Below, piece after piece: positions 1 to 9,992 of a stretch of 64,000 nt of DNA (positions within the stretch are counted from its first letter, which is position 1; every line of letters starts with the position of its first letter). Below the pieces are notes generated by a model. The model had not been told where the DNA came from. It saw nothing but the letters and a program-made list of their open reading frames with translations, and made no database searches. A program made the translations under genes and the position numbers. Source of the DNA: Planctomycetota bacterium (lineage in GTDB: Bacteria > Planctomycetota > UBA8108 > SXIK01); NCBI GenBank assembly GCA_965223845.1, contig CBDCXR010000004.1, positions 5,888,001-5,952,000 on the forward strand, written 5' to 3'.

Positions 1-1
1 G

Positions 2-997
2 ACGGTCGCGAACGCCATCAACGATCCGGAGAACTCGATTGCCGAGTACCTCGCGATCGAGAAGCGAGCGCCGAGGATCATCGAAGAGTTGTTCCTCTCC
101 TTCCTCAGCCGCTATCCGACGAAGGAGGAAACCGACGCTCTTTCCCGGGAGCTCGATCCGAACGACGTCCGGAACCTCGCCGCGCTCAGCCCGGAGGTTC
201 TCGCCGCCGTTACGGCGCAGCAGGAGGCGTTCGAGAAGGCTCAAGTCATCCCCGAGTGGACGACTCTGAAGCCGGAGCTCGTCCGATCATCGGCGGGAAG
301 CACGCTCAAGGTTCTCGACGACGGCACGGTGATCGCCGAAGGGGACGTGCCGGATACAGATACGTACACCGTCGTCGCGACGACGAATCTGAAGGATCTC
401 ACGGGCGTTCGCCTCGAGGTTTTGCCCGACGAAACGCTCGGCGGAGGTAAGGGGCCGGGTCGCGCCGACAACGGGAACTTCGTCCTCACCGAATTCCGTG
501 TCGCCGCGGTCCCGCTCGCCGGAACGACGAACGCAGCGCAGGCGGTTCTCCAAAACGTCTCGCAGACGTTCACGCAGAAGGACTTCGCTGCTGCCCAGGC
601 CTCCGACGGCAAAATCGACAAGAAGGGCTGGGCGATCGGGAACGAGTTCGGAAAGCGCCACCGAGCGGTCTTCGAGTTCAAGGAGAACGTCGGGGCGGAC
701 GGGGGCTCTCTCCTCACGTTCACGCTCGACCACCAATTCGGCAGCAAGCACTCGATCGGGAAGTTTCGCTTGTCCGTGACGACGACACCGCGGCCCGTGC
801 GCGTTCTCGGCATCCCGGAAGACATCGCGAGCGCGATCCGAACGCCCAAGGACAAGCGTTCTGACGAAGAAAAAGCGAAGGTCTATCGCTTCTTCGTTTC
901 GAAGAATCGCGATGTCGCGGACAAGGTGCGGCTCCATTCCGCGCAGGACATCGCTTGGGCGCTCGTGAACTCACCGGCGTTTCTCTTCAATCGATGA
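2..997 (+). CDS. 3' part of a planctomycete DUF1549/DUF1553-type protein (5'-truncated by the window edge), with an inserted beta-sandwich domain
   Basis: Frame is open from base 2. Contains IIEELFLSFLSRYPTKEE and terminal DIAWALVNSPAFLFNR, typical of DUF1553 C-termini, with a GVRLEVLPD..GPGRADNGNFVLTEF insert between them. Confidence 0.75.
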   Translation, partial: TVANAINDPENSIAEYLAIEKRAPRIIEELFLSFLSRYPTKEETDALSRELDPNDVRNLAALSPEVLAAVTAQQEAFEKAQVIPEWTTLKPELVRSSAGSTLKVLDDGTVIAEGDVPDTDTYTVVATTNLKDLTGVRLEVLPDETLGGGKGPGRADNGNFVLTEFRVAAVPLAGTTNAAQAVLQNVSQTFTQKDFAAAQASDGKIDKKGWAIGNEFGKRHRAVFEFKENVGADGGSLLTFTLDHQFGSKHSIGKFRLSVTTTPRPVRVLGIPEDIASAIRTPKDKRSDEEKAKVYRFFVSKNRDVADKVRLHSAQDIAWALVNSPAFLFNR

Positions 998-1107
998 TCC
1001 GCCGTGCTGCTCGAGCGCGAGAGGCGAGCGCTCACGGAGACTGAGACGAGGTCGCCCGATCCCTAGGACGAGCGAGAGGTGAGTCGCGACCCCGTCGTCG
1101 CCGAAAC

Positions 1108-2517
1108 TCACTCTCCGTCCTTCCCTCCGTCCTCTTCGTTCGCGTTCTTCGCGTCCTTTGTGTGAGCCTCTTTTCCCGTTTTGTGCACCTCGCGGCGCCG
1201 AGGCCGCGCTGCTTCCCACTCCGCCCGCGACACCTCGCGCGCCTCGTGGACGAAGAGGAACGTCCCGAGCTTGTTCGAGGTGACGATATCCGGCAGCGCA
1301 TCGGACGTTACGCGGCCCGCCACCACCTGCGTGCCGACGCCCGAGGCCGCGTCGATCAGCCACGGCACGAACTCGACGCCTCCTCCCGGCAATCGCGTCG
1401 TTCGGAACCAATAGATCACCGCCGGTGCATTCGGGTCTTTGTTCCGCTTGCTGAAGCCCGCGCCGTGACGCTTACCGGTGACGAAGTCATCGACGCCGTC
1501 GCCGTCGATGTCGACGAGCGCGAGCGCGTGGATCTGTGAGAACACCGCTCCGTAAGGATTCGCCTCGGGCGAGCCGCCCTTCGCCGGATCGATGATCACG
1601 TGCGGGACGAACTCGATTTCGTCGCCCGAGCGCGTCTGCTCGAAGAAATAGAGCCCGTAGCCGTGCGCACTTCGCGAGGAGACGACATCGCGATCGCCGT
1701 CGCCATCGAAGTCGCTGACGAGCATTTGCGCGCCGCCGTGACCGTCGGCGGGGGCAAAGTCGACCGCGTGCTTCGTCCACTCGCGATTCGCATCGCGCGG
1801 CTGCCGCCACCACCCCGAGCGGTCGAGGACGTCGACTCGCCCGTCGCCATCGAGATCACCGACGCCGAGGCCGTGCGTGAACGCGCCTCGCTTAGCGTCC
1901 TTGTCCGAGAGCGGCCAAAACGTCCACGGCGCAGTCGGATCGCCGGTCGGGGGTCGCGCCCAGCCCCAGCGGCCTTCGCGGAGAAACACGAGCTCCGGCT
2001 GTCCGTCTCCGGTGATATCGCTGAACTCCGGCGATTCGCCGTCCACCGCGTCGACGATGACGTGACGCGGCCAGTGTCCGTCTTGCCCCTTCGGGTTTTC
2101 AAGCAGCGAGGCGCTCTTCCCGGGGAATCCGATGACGACGAGATCGAGCCAGTGGTCGCGATTGAAATCCCAGGGAAACGCGAAGAAGTTGTCGGAGTAC
2201 TTCCGCTTCTCGAAGACGCGCGGCGGGTAGATCTCTTTTCGTCGATCGTACTCCGGACCTAGGTAGAGATACGGACCCGCGACGATGTCGCGAAAGCCGT
2301 CGCGATCGAAGTCGCCGAAGTGAGCGCCTTCAGCGACGAACTCGTGCGCGAGCTGCCGCTTGTGAAAGACGTGAAGCGTGTACGGCTCGGTCGAGTCGGC
2401 CTTCTCTGAGATGTCTTCCCCGATCGCGATCGAAGAAGCCGCGAGGCCGGTGAAGGCGAGAACGCAAAGAACGCGATCGGTACGCATGAACGCCAAGAGA
2501 TCTCGGGGCGGAAGCAT
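1108..2517 (-). CDS. Secreted FG-GAP/VCBS-repeat beta-propeller protein (start may be ATG at 2487)
   Basis: Repeated DxDxDG motifs (GDFDRDGFRDIV, DITGDGQPELV, GDLDGDGRVDVL, DFDGDGDRDVV, DIDGDGVDDFV) and an N-terminal signal-like segment. Confidence 0.8.
   Translation of the reverse strand: MLPPRDLLAFMRTDRVLCVLAFTGLAASSIAIGEDISEKADSTEPYTLHVFHKRQLAHEFVAEGAHFGDFDRDGFRDIVAGPYLYLGPEYDRRKEIYPPRVFEKRKYSDNFFAFPWDFNRDHWLDLVVIGFPGKSASLLENPKGQDGHWPRHVIVDAVDGESPEFSDITGDGQPELVFLREGRWGWARPPTGDPTAPWTFWPLSDKDAKRGAFTHGLGVGDLDGDGRVDVLDRSGWWRQPRDANREWTKHAVDFAPADGHGGAQMLVSDFDGDGDRDVVSSRSAHGYGLYFFEQTRSGDEIEFVPHVIIDPAKGGSPEANPYGAVFSQIHALALVDIDGDGVDDFVTGKRHGAGFSKRNKDPNAPAVIYWFRTTRLPGGGVEFVPWLIDAASGVGTQVVAGRVTSDALPDIVTSNKLGTFLFVHEAREVSRAEWEAARPRRREVHKTGKEAHTKDAKNANEEDGGKDGE
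1131..1174 (-). repeat. Single copy of the CACACRAAGG..CGCGAAG repeat, inside the 3' end of the FG-GAP gene
   Basis: Minus strand reads aaaagaggctcacacaaaggacgcgaagaacgcgaacgaagagg, closely matching both arms at 61323-61616. Confidence 0.6.
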
Positions 2518-2692
2518 CGGAAGACACCCGAATGTAACCTGGATCTCTCCGTCGATGCCACTCGGCGGAGCGCGAGCGCTCGCAAGTTCGAGCGGCGGCC
2601 GGAATCCAGTAGTCGCTTCGGGGGAGCGCCCGTAGCATCGGATCCGGTGAGGGCCGACGGTCGGCTGCGGCGGGTTGAGAGAGGTGCGAGCG

Positions 2693-3310
2693 ATGGCTGA
2701 GGCGCTTCGCTCCTTGGTCGAAAGGGCGAAAGCGGGAGACCGCGCTGCGACCGATGAGCTCGCGCGCTGCGTGGATCGCTTTGTCCGGCTCTTCAGCGGA
2801 TCGCTGAGTCGGCACCTCCGTCGGACTCACGGCTCGACGATCGACTTCGTCAACGAAGGGCTGGCCGAAGCCATCGCGCGCATCGGCGAGTTCGAGTACC
2901 GGAGCGACGAAGAGTTCTACGGTTGGGTGGCACGACTCATCCGCAGTCGCATCCTCGACGCGATTCGGAGTGAAGACCGCCACAAACGCGCGGGCCGACC
3001 GTTCGCGCTCGGTCCGGACGACGGAGTCGCGGCTTCGGGACCGACCCCCTCGCGGGTGATCTCCGGCCGCGAAGTCCGCGAGATCGTGAAGGATGCGGTG
3101 ATCTCGCTCCAAGTCCACCATCCCGAGCCTATGGAAGCGGTCGTGCTCAAGGTGTTCGAGGGCAGGAGCTGGCCCGACGTCCAGCGCGAGCTCGGCGCGA
3201 CATCGGTGAAGCGCGCTCGCACTTTGTGCGCGCGCGGGCTCGATCTCCTCCGCCCGCGTGTCGAGAAGGCGGTGGGCGAGTGCGCGTTTGAGGAGTACCT
3301 CGGACTGTGA
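2693..3310 (+). CDS. ECF-type RNA polymerase sigma factor
   Basis: LVERAKAGDRAATDEL (sigma2 start), DFVNE, FYGWVARLIRSRILDAIR, and a sigma4-like EAVVLKVFEGRSWPDVQRELG. GAGG lies upstream of ATG 2693. Stop overlaps the kinase start (GTGA). Confidence 0.8.
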   Translation: MAEALRSLVERAKAGDRAATDELARCVDRFVRLFSGSLSRHLRRTHGSTIDFVNEGLAEAIARIGEFEYRSDEEFYGWVARLIRSRILDAIRSEDRHKRAGRPFALGPDDGVAASGPTPSRVISGREVREIVKDAVISLQVHHPEPMEAVVLKVFEGRSWPDVQRELGATSVKRARTLCARGLDLLRPRVEKAVGECAFEEYLGL

Positions 3311-5853
3311 ACCCGCACGACCCGAACGGCACCGGCGGAGCGGACGACGACGCTCTTTTTCTCGAGTTCGTCGACCGACACCGCGAAGAACACGGCGATG
3401 AGATTCCGGCGGAATGGTCGCGCGCGCTCAGGAAGCGCTGCCTCTTCTTTCTGCGAATGGTGGCGATCGATGGTGATTCTCCGTGCGCCGAAGTCGACGC
3501 GGACGTACTCGCGGGCTGGGCCGCGCGGGCGCCGAGCGACGCTCCGCTCGATGGCGCCCGCCCCGTCGATCTCGCTCGCCCGCTCGAGCGCTACGTTGTC
3601 GAGGGCGAACTCGCCCGCGGCGGAATGGGACGCATCGTTCTCGCTTACGATCGAAACTTTCGCCGACGCATCGCGATGAAAGTGATGCGCGGGGTGGAAT
3701 CGCACCGTCCCTCTTCGCGGTTCATCCGCGAAGCCCAGACGACCGCGCAGCTCGAGCATCCGAACATCGGTCCCGTCTACGACATCGGCCTCGATGGCGA
3801 AGGGACGCCCTTCTTCACGATGAAGTGGATCCGCGGCCGCGACTTGGCGGGGATTCTGGCCGTCCGTGACCAGGAGGGCTGGACGCTTACGCGGCTCGTT
3901 CAGATCTTGCAGCAGGCCGCGATGGGTATCCATTTCGCCAACTCGAAGGGAGTCGTCCACCGCGACGTGAAGCCCCAGAACGTGATGGTCGGTGATTTCG
4001 GCGAGGTGCTCGTCGTCGATTGGGGGCTCGCGAAGATCACGGGCGATGCCGACGGCGAGGCCGTCGAAGAAGACGGTCCTGCGAACGCACCGCTCGACGA
4101 TTCGAGTGTGCGAACGCACGGTGCTCCGGTGACACTCGACGGTGCGATCCAGGGTAGCCTTCCGTACATGGCGCCGGAACAAGCTCGCGGCGAAACGGGT
4201 GCCATCGACGCTCGCACGGACGTCTTCGGTCTCGGTGCGATCCTCTACCAGATCCTCACGCATGGTCCGCTCTACGACTCCGAGGTCGCCGACCATGCGC
4301 TCGCCGCCGCGCGCGAGGGCCGCATCGTGCCTCCGAGCGACCGCGCACCGAATCGATCCGTTCCGCCGCGCCTCGAAGAAATCTGTCTTCGCGCGCTTTC
4401 GGTCGAGAAGGAGGATCGCTTTTGCGACGCGCGCGAGTTTCACGATGCGCTCCAGGAGTACATCGAAGGAATCCACAGCGCGGAGCGCCAAGCCGCCGAG
4501 GCGGGGCGCCTCTTTTGGATCGCCGAAAAACACCGCGAACGCCTCGAAGATTCCGGGCGGCGCGCCGATGTGCTCGACGCCGAGACCCGTGCGCTCGAGG
4601 AGCGCCTCGCGGATCACGACCCCGAGTACAAGAAGCGAGGATTCTGGGAGCTGACCGAGCAGCGCGACGCCGCCCGTGAGGCCGCGCGCGCAGAGTTCGC
4701 CCGCACGACGGCGGCGTATTCGGCCGTTCTCAGCATCGACCCCCTGCATCGCGCCGCGCGAGCCGCACTCGCGGATCTCTTCTACCGGCGACTTCTCGAC
4801 GCGGAAGACCGCGGCGATCGCGACGTCGCCGCGGCGTACCGTCAGCTCGTCGATCAGTACGACGACGGCAAGCTTCGCCTTCAGCTCTCGGGCGAGACGT
4901 CGATTCACTTCGAGAGCGATCCTCCCGGGGCAACGGTGATCCTCTCGCGCTTCGAAGGGCGTGGACTTCTCCTCGGCGAAGGAACTTGGGAGACCGTTGG
5001 AACGACCCCGGTCGATCTGCGCCTCCGGCAGGGATCGTACGTCGCGATTCTGTGGAAGAAGGGGTACACCGAAGTACGTTACCCGTTCTTCGTCGAGCGC
5101 GACGCGCCCGTGCGCTGTTCGGTGCGCATGCTCGAAGACGGCGCGCTTCCCGCGGGATTCGTGCAGATCCCGGGCGGAGTCTCGATCATCGGGAGCGACC
5201 GCGATGATGTTCCCTGTCTGCCTCGCGCGCGACAGACGATCGGGGAGTTCTTCATCGGAAGATTCCCGGTGACGTTCAGCGAGTACTGCGAGTTCCTCAC
5301 CGCGAGGTTCCCGCAGGGCGATCTTCCGCCCGAGCTCGAGCCCGCGTTCGGAAAGGAGAAGTACGTCCGGCGGCTCGCGGACGGTTCGTGGGCTCCGGTC
5401 GAGAAGCTCGGACCGGACATCGCAGTCGTCGCGATCACGCATTCCGCGGCACTCGCCTACTGCGAGTGGCTGGGAGAGCGAATCGGAAAACCGGTTCGCC
5501 TGCTCACCGAGATGGAATGGGAGCGCGCGGCGCGCGGTGCCGACGGCCGTGTGTACCCGTGGGGCAACCGCTTCGATTGGGCGCTCTGCAAGGGCGCACG
5601 TTCGCGCGCGGGCGAGCCCTTTCCCGACCCGGTCGGAACGTTTCCGCGGGACGTGTCTCCCTTCGGAATTCGCGATCTCGCGGGTACGGTGCGCGAGCTG
5701 TGCGACGGCTGGGCGAGCGAGGGCTACCGGCCGTTTCGCGGCGGCTCCTGGTACAACCCGTTTCCGTTCGTCTTCCGCGCGGACCTCCGCACGATGCAGC
5801 GCGACGGCAATCGCTCGACGGACGCCGGGCTCCGCGTCGGCTGGAGTGAATGA
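3307..5853 (+). CDS. Hanks-type Ser/Thr protein kinase with helical linker, PEGA-like domain and C-terminal FGE-sulfatase (SUMF1) domain
   Basis: Kinase motifs LARGGMG, IAMK, HRDVKPQN, DWGLAK, YMAPEQ, DVFGLG; PEGA-like ESDPPGATV..GTTP; FGE-like FPVTFSEY, RLLTEMEWERAARG, YPWG, SPFGIRDLAG, RGGSW. Confidence 0.9.
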   Translation: MNPHDPNGTGGADDDALFLEFVDRHREEHGDEIPAEWSRALRKRCLFFLRMVAIDGDSPCAEVDADVLAGWAARAPSDAPLDGARPVDLARPLERYVVEGELARGGMGRIVLAYDRNFRRRIAMKVMRGVESHRPSSRFIREAQTTAQLEHPNIGPVYDIGLDGEGTPFFTMKWIRGRDLAGILAVRDQEGWTLTRLVQILQQAAMGIHFANSKGVVHRDVKPQNVMVGDFGEVLVVDWGLAKITGDADGEAVEEDGPANAPLDDSSVRTHGAPVTLDGAIQGSLPYMAPEQARGETGAIDARTDVFGLGAILYQILTHGPLYDSEVADHALAAAREGRIVPPSDRAPNRSVPPRLEEICLRALSVEKEDRFCDAREFHDALQEYIEGIHSAERQAAEAGRLFWIAEKHRERLEDSGRRADVLDAETRALEERLADHDPEYKKRGFWELTEQRDAAREAARAEFARTTAAYSAVLSIDPLHRAARAALADLFYRRLLDAEDRGDRDVAAAYRQLVDQYDDGKLRLQLSGETSIHFESDPPGATVILSRFEGRGLLLGEGTWETVGTTPVDLRLRQGSYVAILWKKGYTEVRYPFFVERDAPVRCSVRMLEDGALPAGFVQIPGGVSIIGSDRDDVPCLPRARQTIGEFFIGRFPVTFSEYCEFLTARFPQGDLPPELEPAFGKEKYVRRLADGSWAPVEKLGPDIAVVAITHSAALAYCEWLGERIGKPVRLLTEMEWERAARGADGRVYPWGNRFDWALCKGARSRAGEPFPDPVGTFPRDVSPFGIRDLAGTVRELCDGWASEGYRPFRGGSWYNPFPFVFRADLRTMQRDGNRSTDAGLRVGWSE

Positions 5854-5968
5854 GCGCGGAAGCTGGCGGGCACGGTGCCCGTGGCTCGTTCGGGGGAAAG
5901 TCGATCGAGGCAAAGTTTGCGGAATTCCCGGTCCCGGGTGACCATGGACGTCGGTCGAACGGGAATCG

Positions 5969-8185
5969 GTGAGCCTCAGGCGAAACTTCGGGCAGGTTCG
6001 CGGCCGTTTGTCGTTACTTCTCTTCGGAGACGTCGGCACGGAGCCGGGAATGGAAGCTAGTCGGCGCGTGAGTGAGACTCACGCCCGGGTTGGAGCGATG
6101 GGAAGCGTACGAACGAGCTGGGTGGCTCTTCTCTCGCGGCGCGCGCCCGCGGTCGCGCGCATCGTGCTCGCGGCGGCGATGACCTCGATCGCGTCCGCTG
6201 AGGACGGCGCCGCCGGTGGGATCGACGGCGCGCCGGACTTCGTGCGCGGCGACGGGAATCTCGACGGACGCGTCACCGCGGCGGATGCGATCGTTCTCTT
6301 CGAGGTGCTCTTTCGCGGTCGCGAGTCGCCGCCTTGCGACGACGTCCTCGACTTCGACGACAGCGGCACGGTCGATCTCACCGACGGCACCGGACTGATC
6401 GCTTGGACGTTCTTCTCGGCGATCGGGACTCCTCCGCCGGCTCCGTATCCCGAAGCCGGCGCCGACCCGACGGACGATGATCTCTCGTGCGAGGCGTTCG
6501 AGATTACGCCCGCGGAGGAACGTGAGAACGATGCGATCCGCTGGGACGGCCCCGCCACGGGATGTGCCGGAGACGAGCTCGAGTTCTTCGTCCGGCTCAC
6601 CACGTCGGAGCCGATCGAATGCGTCCAGCTCGCCTATCTGGCCACGCGGGACCGGATCAGGAACATCAGCGTCGACTTCGAAGGGACGATCGTTCCCGCG
6701 GAGCTCCAAGAGCAAATCACCGAGGCCGGCTCTCTTCGCTGGATCTACGTCCCCGACCACAGCCCGGAGTTCGGACTCTTTCGCCTCGTGTTCTTGTTGA
6801 AGGGACCGGGTTTCGCGAATCTCGATTTCGCCGCGACGACGAGACCGCTCGACGACGAGCCGATCGTTCGTGTTCTCGTCGAGCTCGGGGACGAGGAAGG
6901 CGACGGTGAGCTGCTTCTTCCGGCGAGCGAAGCGGACCTCGGCGATGGCGCACCTCAGGGGCTGAATGAGCTCTGCACGGAGTCGGGAACGGTGATTCCC
7001 GCGGAGATCGCCTCCGTGTTCGTCTCTACCGAGCCTCCGCCCGAATTCATCCGCGGGGATGCGAACGTGAGCGGTCAGGTGACTCCGCCCGATGCGCTGC
7101 GCATCCTCCGAAAGCTCTTTTTCGACATCGGATCGCTCCCGTGCCGCGATGCGGCGGACGTCAACGACGACGGGCTCCTCGATCTGTCCGATCCGATCAC
7201 GATCCTCGCCTTTCTCTTTACCGGAGGGCTGCCACCGCCTCCGCCCTTTCCGTTTCCGGGCATCGATCCCACTCCCGCGACGTCGCTCGGATGCGAGACC
7301 CCGGCCGTCCAGCCCCCACGGATCGATCTCTCCTACGTTCTCGCTTGGGACGGCGAGCCGGAGCAGCTTCGCGGGGCGAAGGACGTCCCGGTCTTTCTCG
7401 TCGCCACGACAAGCGCGCGGACGGAGTGCTTTTCTATCGCTTACCGAGTCGACAAGCGCATCGCGACGAACCTCCGCGGCGATTTCGCCGGCACGATTCT
7501 GCCGGAGGATCGTCAGGTGGAGTTCCTCGATTCTCCGTTCTTCGAAATGATCGTCGCGCCCATCGACGAACGATTCGATCGTCTCCAGGTCGGAGCTCTC
7601 TTCACCCAGGACGGGACCTTCGATCCGATTCCGTTCGCGGCCACCCAGGGTCCGATCGTCGCGCAGCGACTCTTTCGAGTTCTCATCGACATCCCGGAAG
7701 ACGCTCCGCTCGGCGATCAGCTCGTGTTCGAACCGCTGCCGGCGGCGAATCTGCCGACGGGAAACGCGTTCCCGAACGAATTCTGCGTCTCGGGGCCCGA
7801 CGGCGGGGCGGGTGGTGTCCCCGGCGCGGGCGGCGGCTCGCCCGGCGACGGAGCCGAGGGCGTCCGACCGCGGGCCGACGATCTCACGCTCAAGATCGTC
7901 GGCGGCGAGGAGTTCCTCCGCGGCGATCCGAACGGCGATGGCTCGATCGACATCGCCGACGTCGTCTTCACGCCGAATTGGCTTTTCGGAAAGAGCCGGA
8001 AGCCGCTGTGCATGGACGCGGCTGACGTCAACGCGGACGGCGAAGTCAACGTCAGCGACGCCGCGTATCTCGCGAACTGGCTTTTCTCCGGGACGGCGGA
8101 ACCACCGCCGCCGTTTAACGTCGAGTTCGTCTGCGAGCCGTTCAGCGTCGCGATCAGCTGCGAAGTGAGTCAGTGTTCGGAGTGA
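5969..8185 (+). CDS. Secreted protein with three dockerin-like domains separated by two homologous cohesin-like beta domains (true start probably near 6049-6098)
   Basis: FVRGDGNLDG, FIRGDANVSG and FLRGDPNGDG, each followed by a C.D..D.[ND].[DS]G second EF-hand-like loop; signal-like RIVLAAAMTSIASA. Confidence 0.75.
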   Translation: MSLRRNFGQVRGRLSLLLFGDVGTEPGMEASRRVSETHARVGAMGSVRTSWVALLSRRAPAVARIVLAAAMTSIASAEDGAAGGIDGAPDFVRGDGNLDGRVTAADAIVLFEVLFRGRESPPCDDVLDFDDSGTVDLTDGTGLIAWTFFSAIGTPPPAPYPEAGADPTDDDLSCEAFEITPAEERENDAIRWDGPATGCAGDELEFFVRLTTSEPIECVQLAYLATRDRIRNISVDFEGTIVPAELQEQITEAGSLRWIYVPDHSPEFGLFRLVFLLKGPGFANLDFAATTRPLDDEPIVRVLVELGDEEGDGELLLPASEADLGDGAPQGLNELCTESGTVIPAEIASVFVSTEPPPEFIRGDANVSGQVTPPDALRILRKLFFDIGSLPCRDAADVNDDGLLDLSDPITILAFLFTGGLPPPPPFPFPGIDPTPATSLGCETPAVQPPRIDLSYVLAWDGEPEQLRGAKDVPVFLVATTSARTECFSIAYRVDKRIATNLRGDFAGTILPEDRQVEFLDSPFFEMIVAPIDERFDRLQVGALFTQDGTFDPIPFAATQGPIVAQRLFRVLIDIPEDAPLGDQLVFEPLPAANLPTGNAFPNEFCVSGPDGGAGGVPGAGGGSPGDGAEGVRPRADDLTLKIVGGEEFLRGDPNGDGSIDIADVVFTPNWLFGKSRKPLCMDAADVNADGEVNVSDAAYLANWLFSGTAEPPPPFNVEFVCEPFSVAISCEVSQCSE

Positions 8186-8397
8186 CGAGCTCGATTCCTC
8201 CGCACCGCAGATCTGGCCCGCTGCGGGGGTGAATTCGAGAGAGCGCGCCGCCGCGAGAGTCGCTCCCCGGTCGTGGCGATCGACGGGCTCTGCCGAAGTT
8301 CCAAGAACTCGGCGATGTTGGCCTGTCCGCGCCGTCACCGGGTAGATTCCTTGGGAGACTCTACGGTGTCGGCTCCCCAATTGGAGGCGGAGAACGG

Positions 8398-8640
8398 ATG
8401 AGCAAGAAGGGAATGGGATACGCGCGCGTTCTCGGTGTCGTGTCGCTCGCTGCGGCGACGGCGATCGCTGCGGTCTGCTACGTCGGATCGCTCGAACGCG
8501 GCGTTGAAGCGAAGGCCTCCGCCGATCGCAGCGCCGAAGAGCTGAAGCAGGTGATCCGCGAGCAGAACCGTCTCATAGAGGATGCGCGACGCCAGGTCGA
8601 GCTCCGTCCGTCGACGGCTGATCCCGCGCCTGCATTCTGA
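8398..8640 (+). CDS. Small membrane-anchored hypothetical protein
   Basis: GGAG upstream, N-terminal hydrophobic helix followed by a coiled-coil-like segment, and a terminator-like hairpin downstream. Confidence 0.5.
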   Translation: MSKKGMGYARVLGVVSLAAATAIAAVCYVGSLERGVEAKASADRSAEELKQVIREQNRLIEDARRQVELRPSTADPAPAF

Positions 8641-8705
8641 GGATCCGGGCGCCGGCATCGGGGCGTCGGAGGGTAGGGCCCGCGCGGCGAGCCGCGGGGC
8701 TGGAG

Positions 8706-8752
8706 GAGCGCTTCGCTTTCGCAATGAGAGCGGAGCGCTCTCTCTTTTCTTC
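8706..8752 (+). terminator. Probable intrinsic terminator
   Basis: Stem gagcgcttcgctttc / gagagcggagcgctc followed by tctcttttctt. Confidence 0.5.
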
Positions 8753-8765
8753 GAGGAGGGACACC

Positions 8766-8809
8766 AAAACGACGAGAGCCGAGCTCGTCGCAACGAGCTC
8801 GGCTCTCGT
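8766..8809 (-). terminator. Probable intrinsic terminator for the peroxidase operon
   Basis: Perfect 17-bp stem acgagagccgagctcgt-cgca-acgagctcggctctcgt, with a short T run after it on the minus strand, just past the stop at 8847. Confidence 0.6.
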
Positions 8810-8846
8810 GTTCGGTTGGCGGAAAGGAACGCCTCCCCGACCGTCG

Positions 8847-9941
8847 TCAGTTGACCGGAGTCGGCGGCGTCACCTTCGTGACCTCGCCGGAGAGCGCCTT
8901 CAGGTACTCGACGAGGTCGGCCTTCTCCTGATCGGTGAGCTCGAGCGGCTTCATCTCGGGGTCGAGATTCGGGTTCTTGATTCCGCCCTTCACGTAGAAT
9001 TCGACGGCCGCTTCGAGCGTCGCCTCGCTGCCGTCGTGCATGTACGGGGCCGTGTCGGCGATGTTGCGCAGCGTCGGCGTCTTGTACTTTCCGAGGTCTT
9101 CCGGCTTCTTCGTGTGGTCCATTTGGCCGGCGTGGTTCTTCTGCCAGTCCGGCTGATCGGCCCCGACGCCGAGATTGTGGAACTTCTCGTCCGTGAAGTT
9201 CGCCCCCGCGTGACAAATCGAGCAGCGTCCCTTCACCGGATCGCGGAAGAGCTCTCGCCCGCGCTGGGCCGACTCACTGAGCGCGGTCTTGTCGCCCGCC
9301 TCGAACTTGTCGAACGGTGAATTGCCGGAGACGATGGTCCGCTCGAAGCTCGCGATCGCCTTGCCGATCCGCTCGATCGTGACCGTCTCGTCCTTGAACG
9401 CCGCCTTGAAGAGCGGCTTGTAGCCGGCGATGTCCGAGATCTTCTTCACCGCTTCTGCGTGCGGGAGGTTCATCTCGATCGGGTTGGCGATCGGGCCGAC
9501 GGCCTGTGCTTCGAGACTCGGTGCTCGCCCGTCCCAGAACTGCGCCTCGCTGAAGACGCGGTTGATGATCGTCGGGGCGCTGCGCCCACCCTTCTTTCCG
9601 CCGACGCCGACGGAAACCGGCAGGTTGTCCGTCCAGCCCTTGGCCGGGTCGTGGCACGTCGCGCACGCGACGCTGTTGTCGGACGAGAGCCGCTTGTCGA
9701 AGTAGAGGTGCTTTCCGAGCTCGACCTTCGCGAGTCCTTCCGCGCCCTTCAGCGGATTGTCGGCGGGAATCTTGAGGTCGAAGGCATCGAGTCCCGCGGG
9801 GAGCGCGTTGAGTGGCGGGACGAGATCCCCGCCGCCATCTTCCGGTGGCGGAACCGGATCCTCTTTCCCGCTCGTACATGCCGTCATGAACAGTGCGGCG
9901 ATCGCCGCCGCGGTCGTCGCTCTCGTGATTCGATGGATCAC
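8847..9941 (-). CDS. Di-heme cytochrome c peroxidase / MauG family lipoprotein
   Basis: LGKHLYFDKRLS, CATCH, QFWDGRA, CSICH, KTPTLRNI..TAPYMHDGS; lipobox-like FMTAC. Confidence 0.9.
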   Translation of the reverse strand: MIHRITRATTAAAIAALFMTACTSGKEDPVPPPEDGGGDLVPPLNALPAGLDAFDLKIPADNPLKGAEGLAKVELGKHLYFDKRLSSDNSVACATCHDPAKGWTDNLPVSVGVGGKKGGRSAPTIINRVFSEAQFWDGRAPSLEAQAVGPIANPIEMNLPHAEAVKKISDIAGYKPLFKAAFKDETVTIERIGKAIASFERTIVSGNSPFDKFEAGDKTALSESAQRGRELFRDPVKGRCSICHAGANFTDEKFHNLGVGADQPDWQKNHAGQMDHTKKPEDLGKYKTPTLRNIADTAPYMHDGSEATLEAAVEFYVKGGIKNPNLDPEMKPLELTDQEKADLVEYLKALSGEVTKVTPPTPVN

Positions 9942-9992
9942 CGTCGGTCTCCTTTCGATCCTTGGATTTGCTGATTCGATCGTCGACTCGCT

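Noticed and set aside
5740-5853. FGE-domain C-terminus as a diversity-generating retroelement variable region
   Set aside because: No reverse transcriptase and no template repeat of this segment seen in the window.
2917-6039. 1040-aa minus-strand ORF (and similar long ORFs 6014-8380, 18905-20677, 29099-32194, 54243-56069)
   Set aside because: Antisense shadows of well-supported genes; Arg-rich and motif-free, as expected in high-GC DNA.
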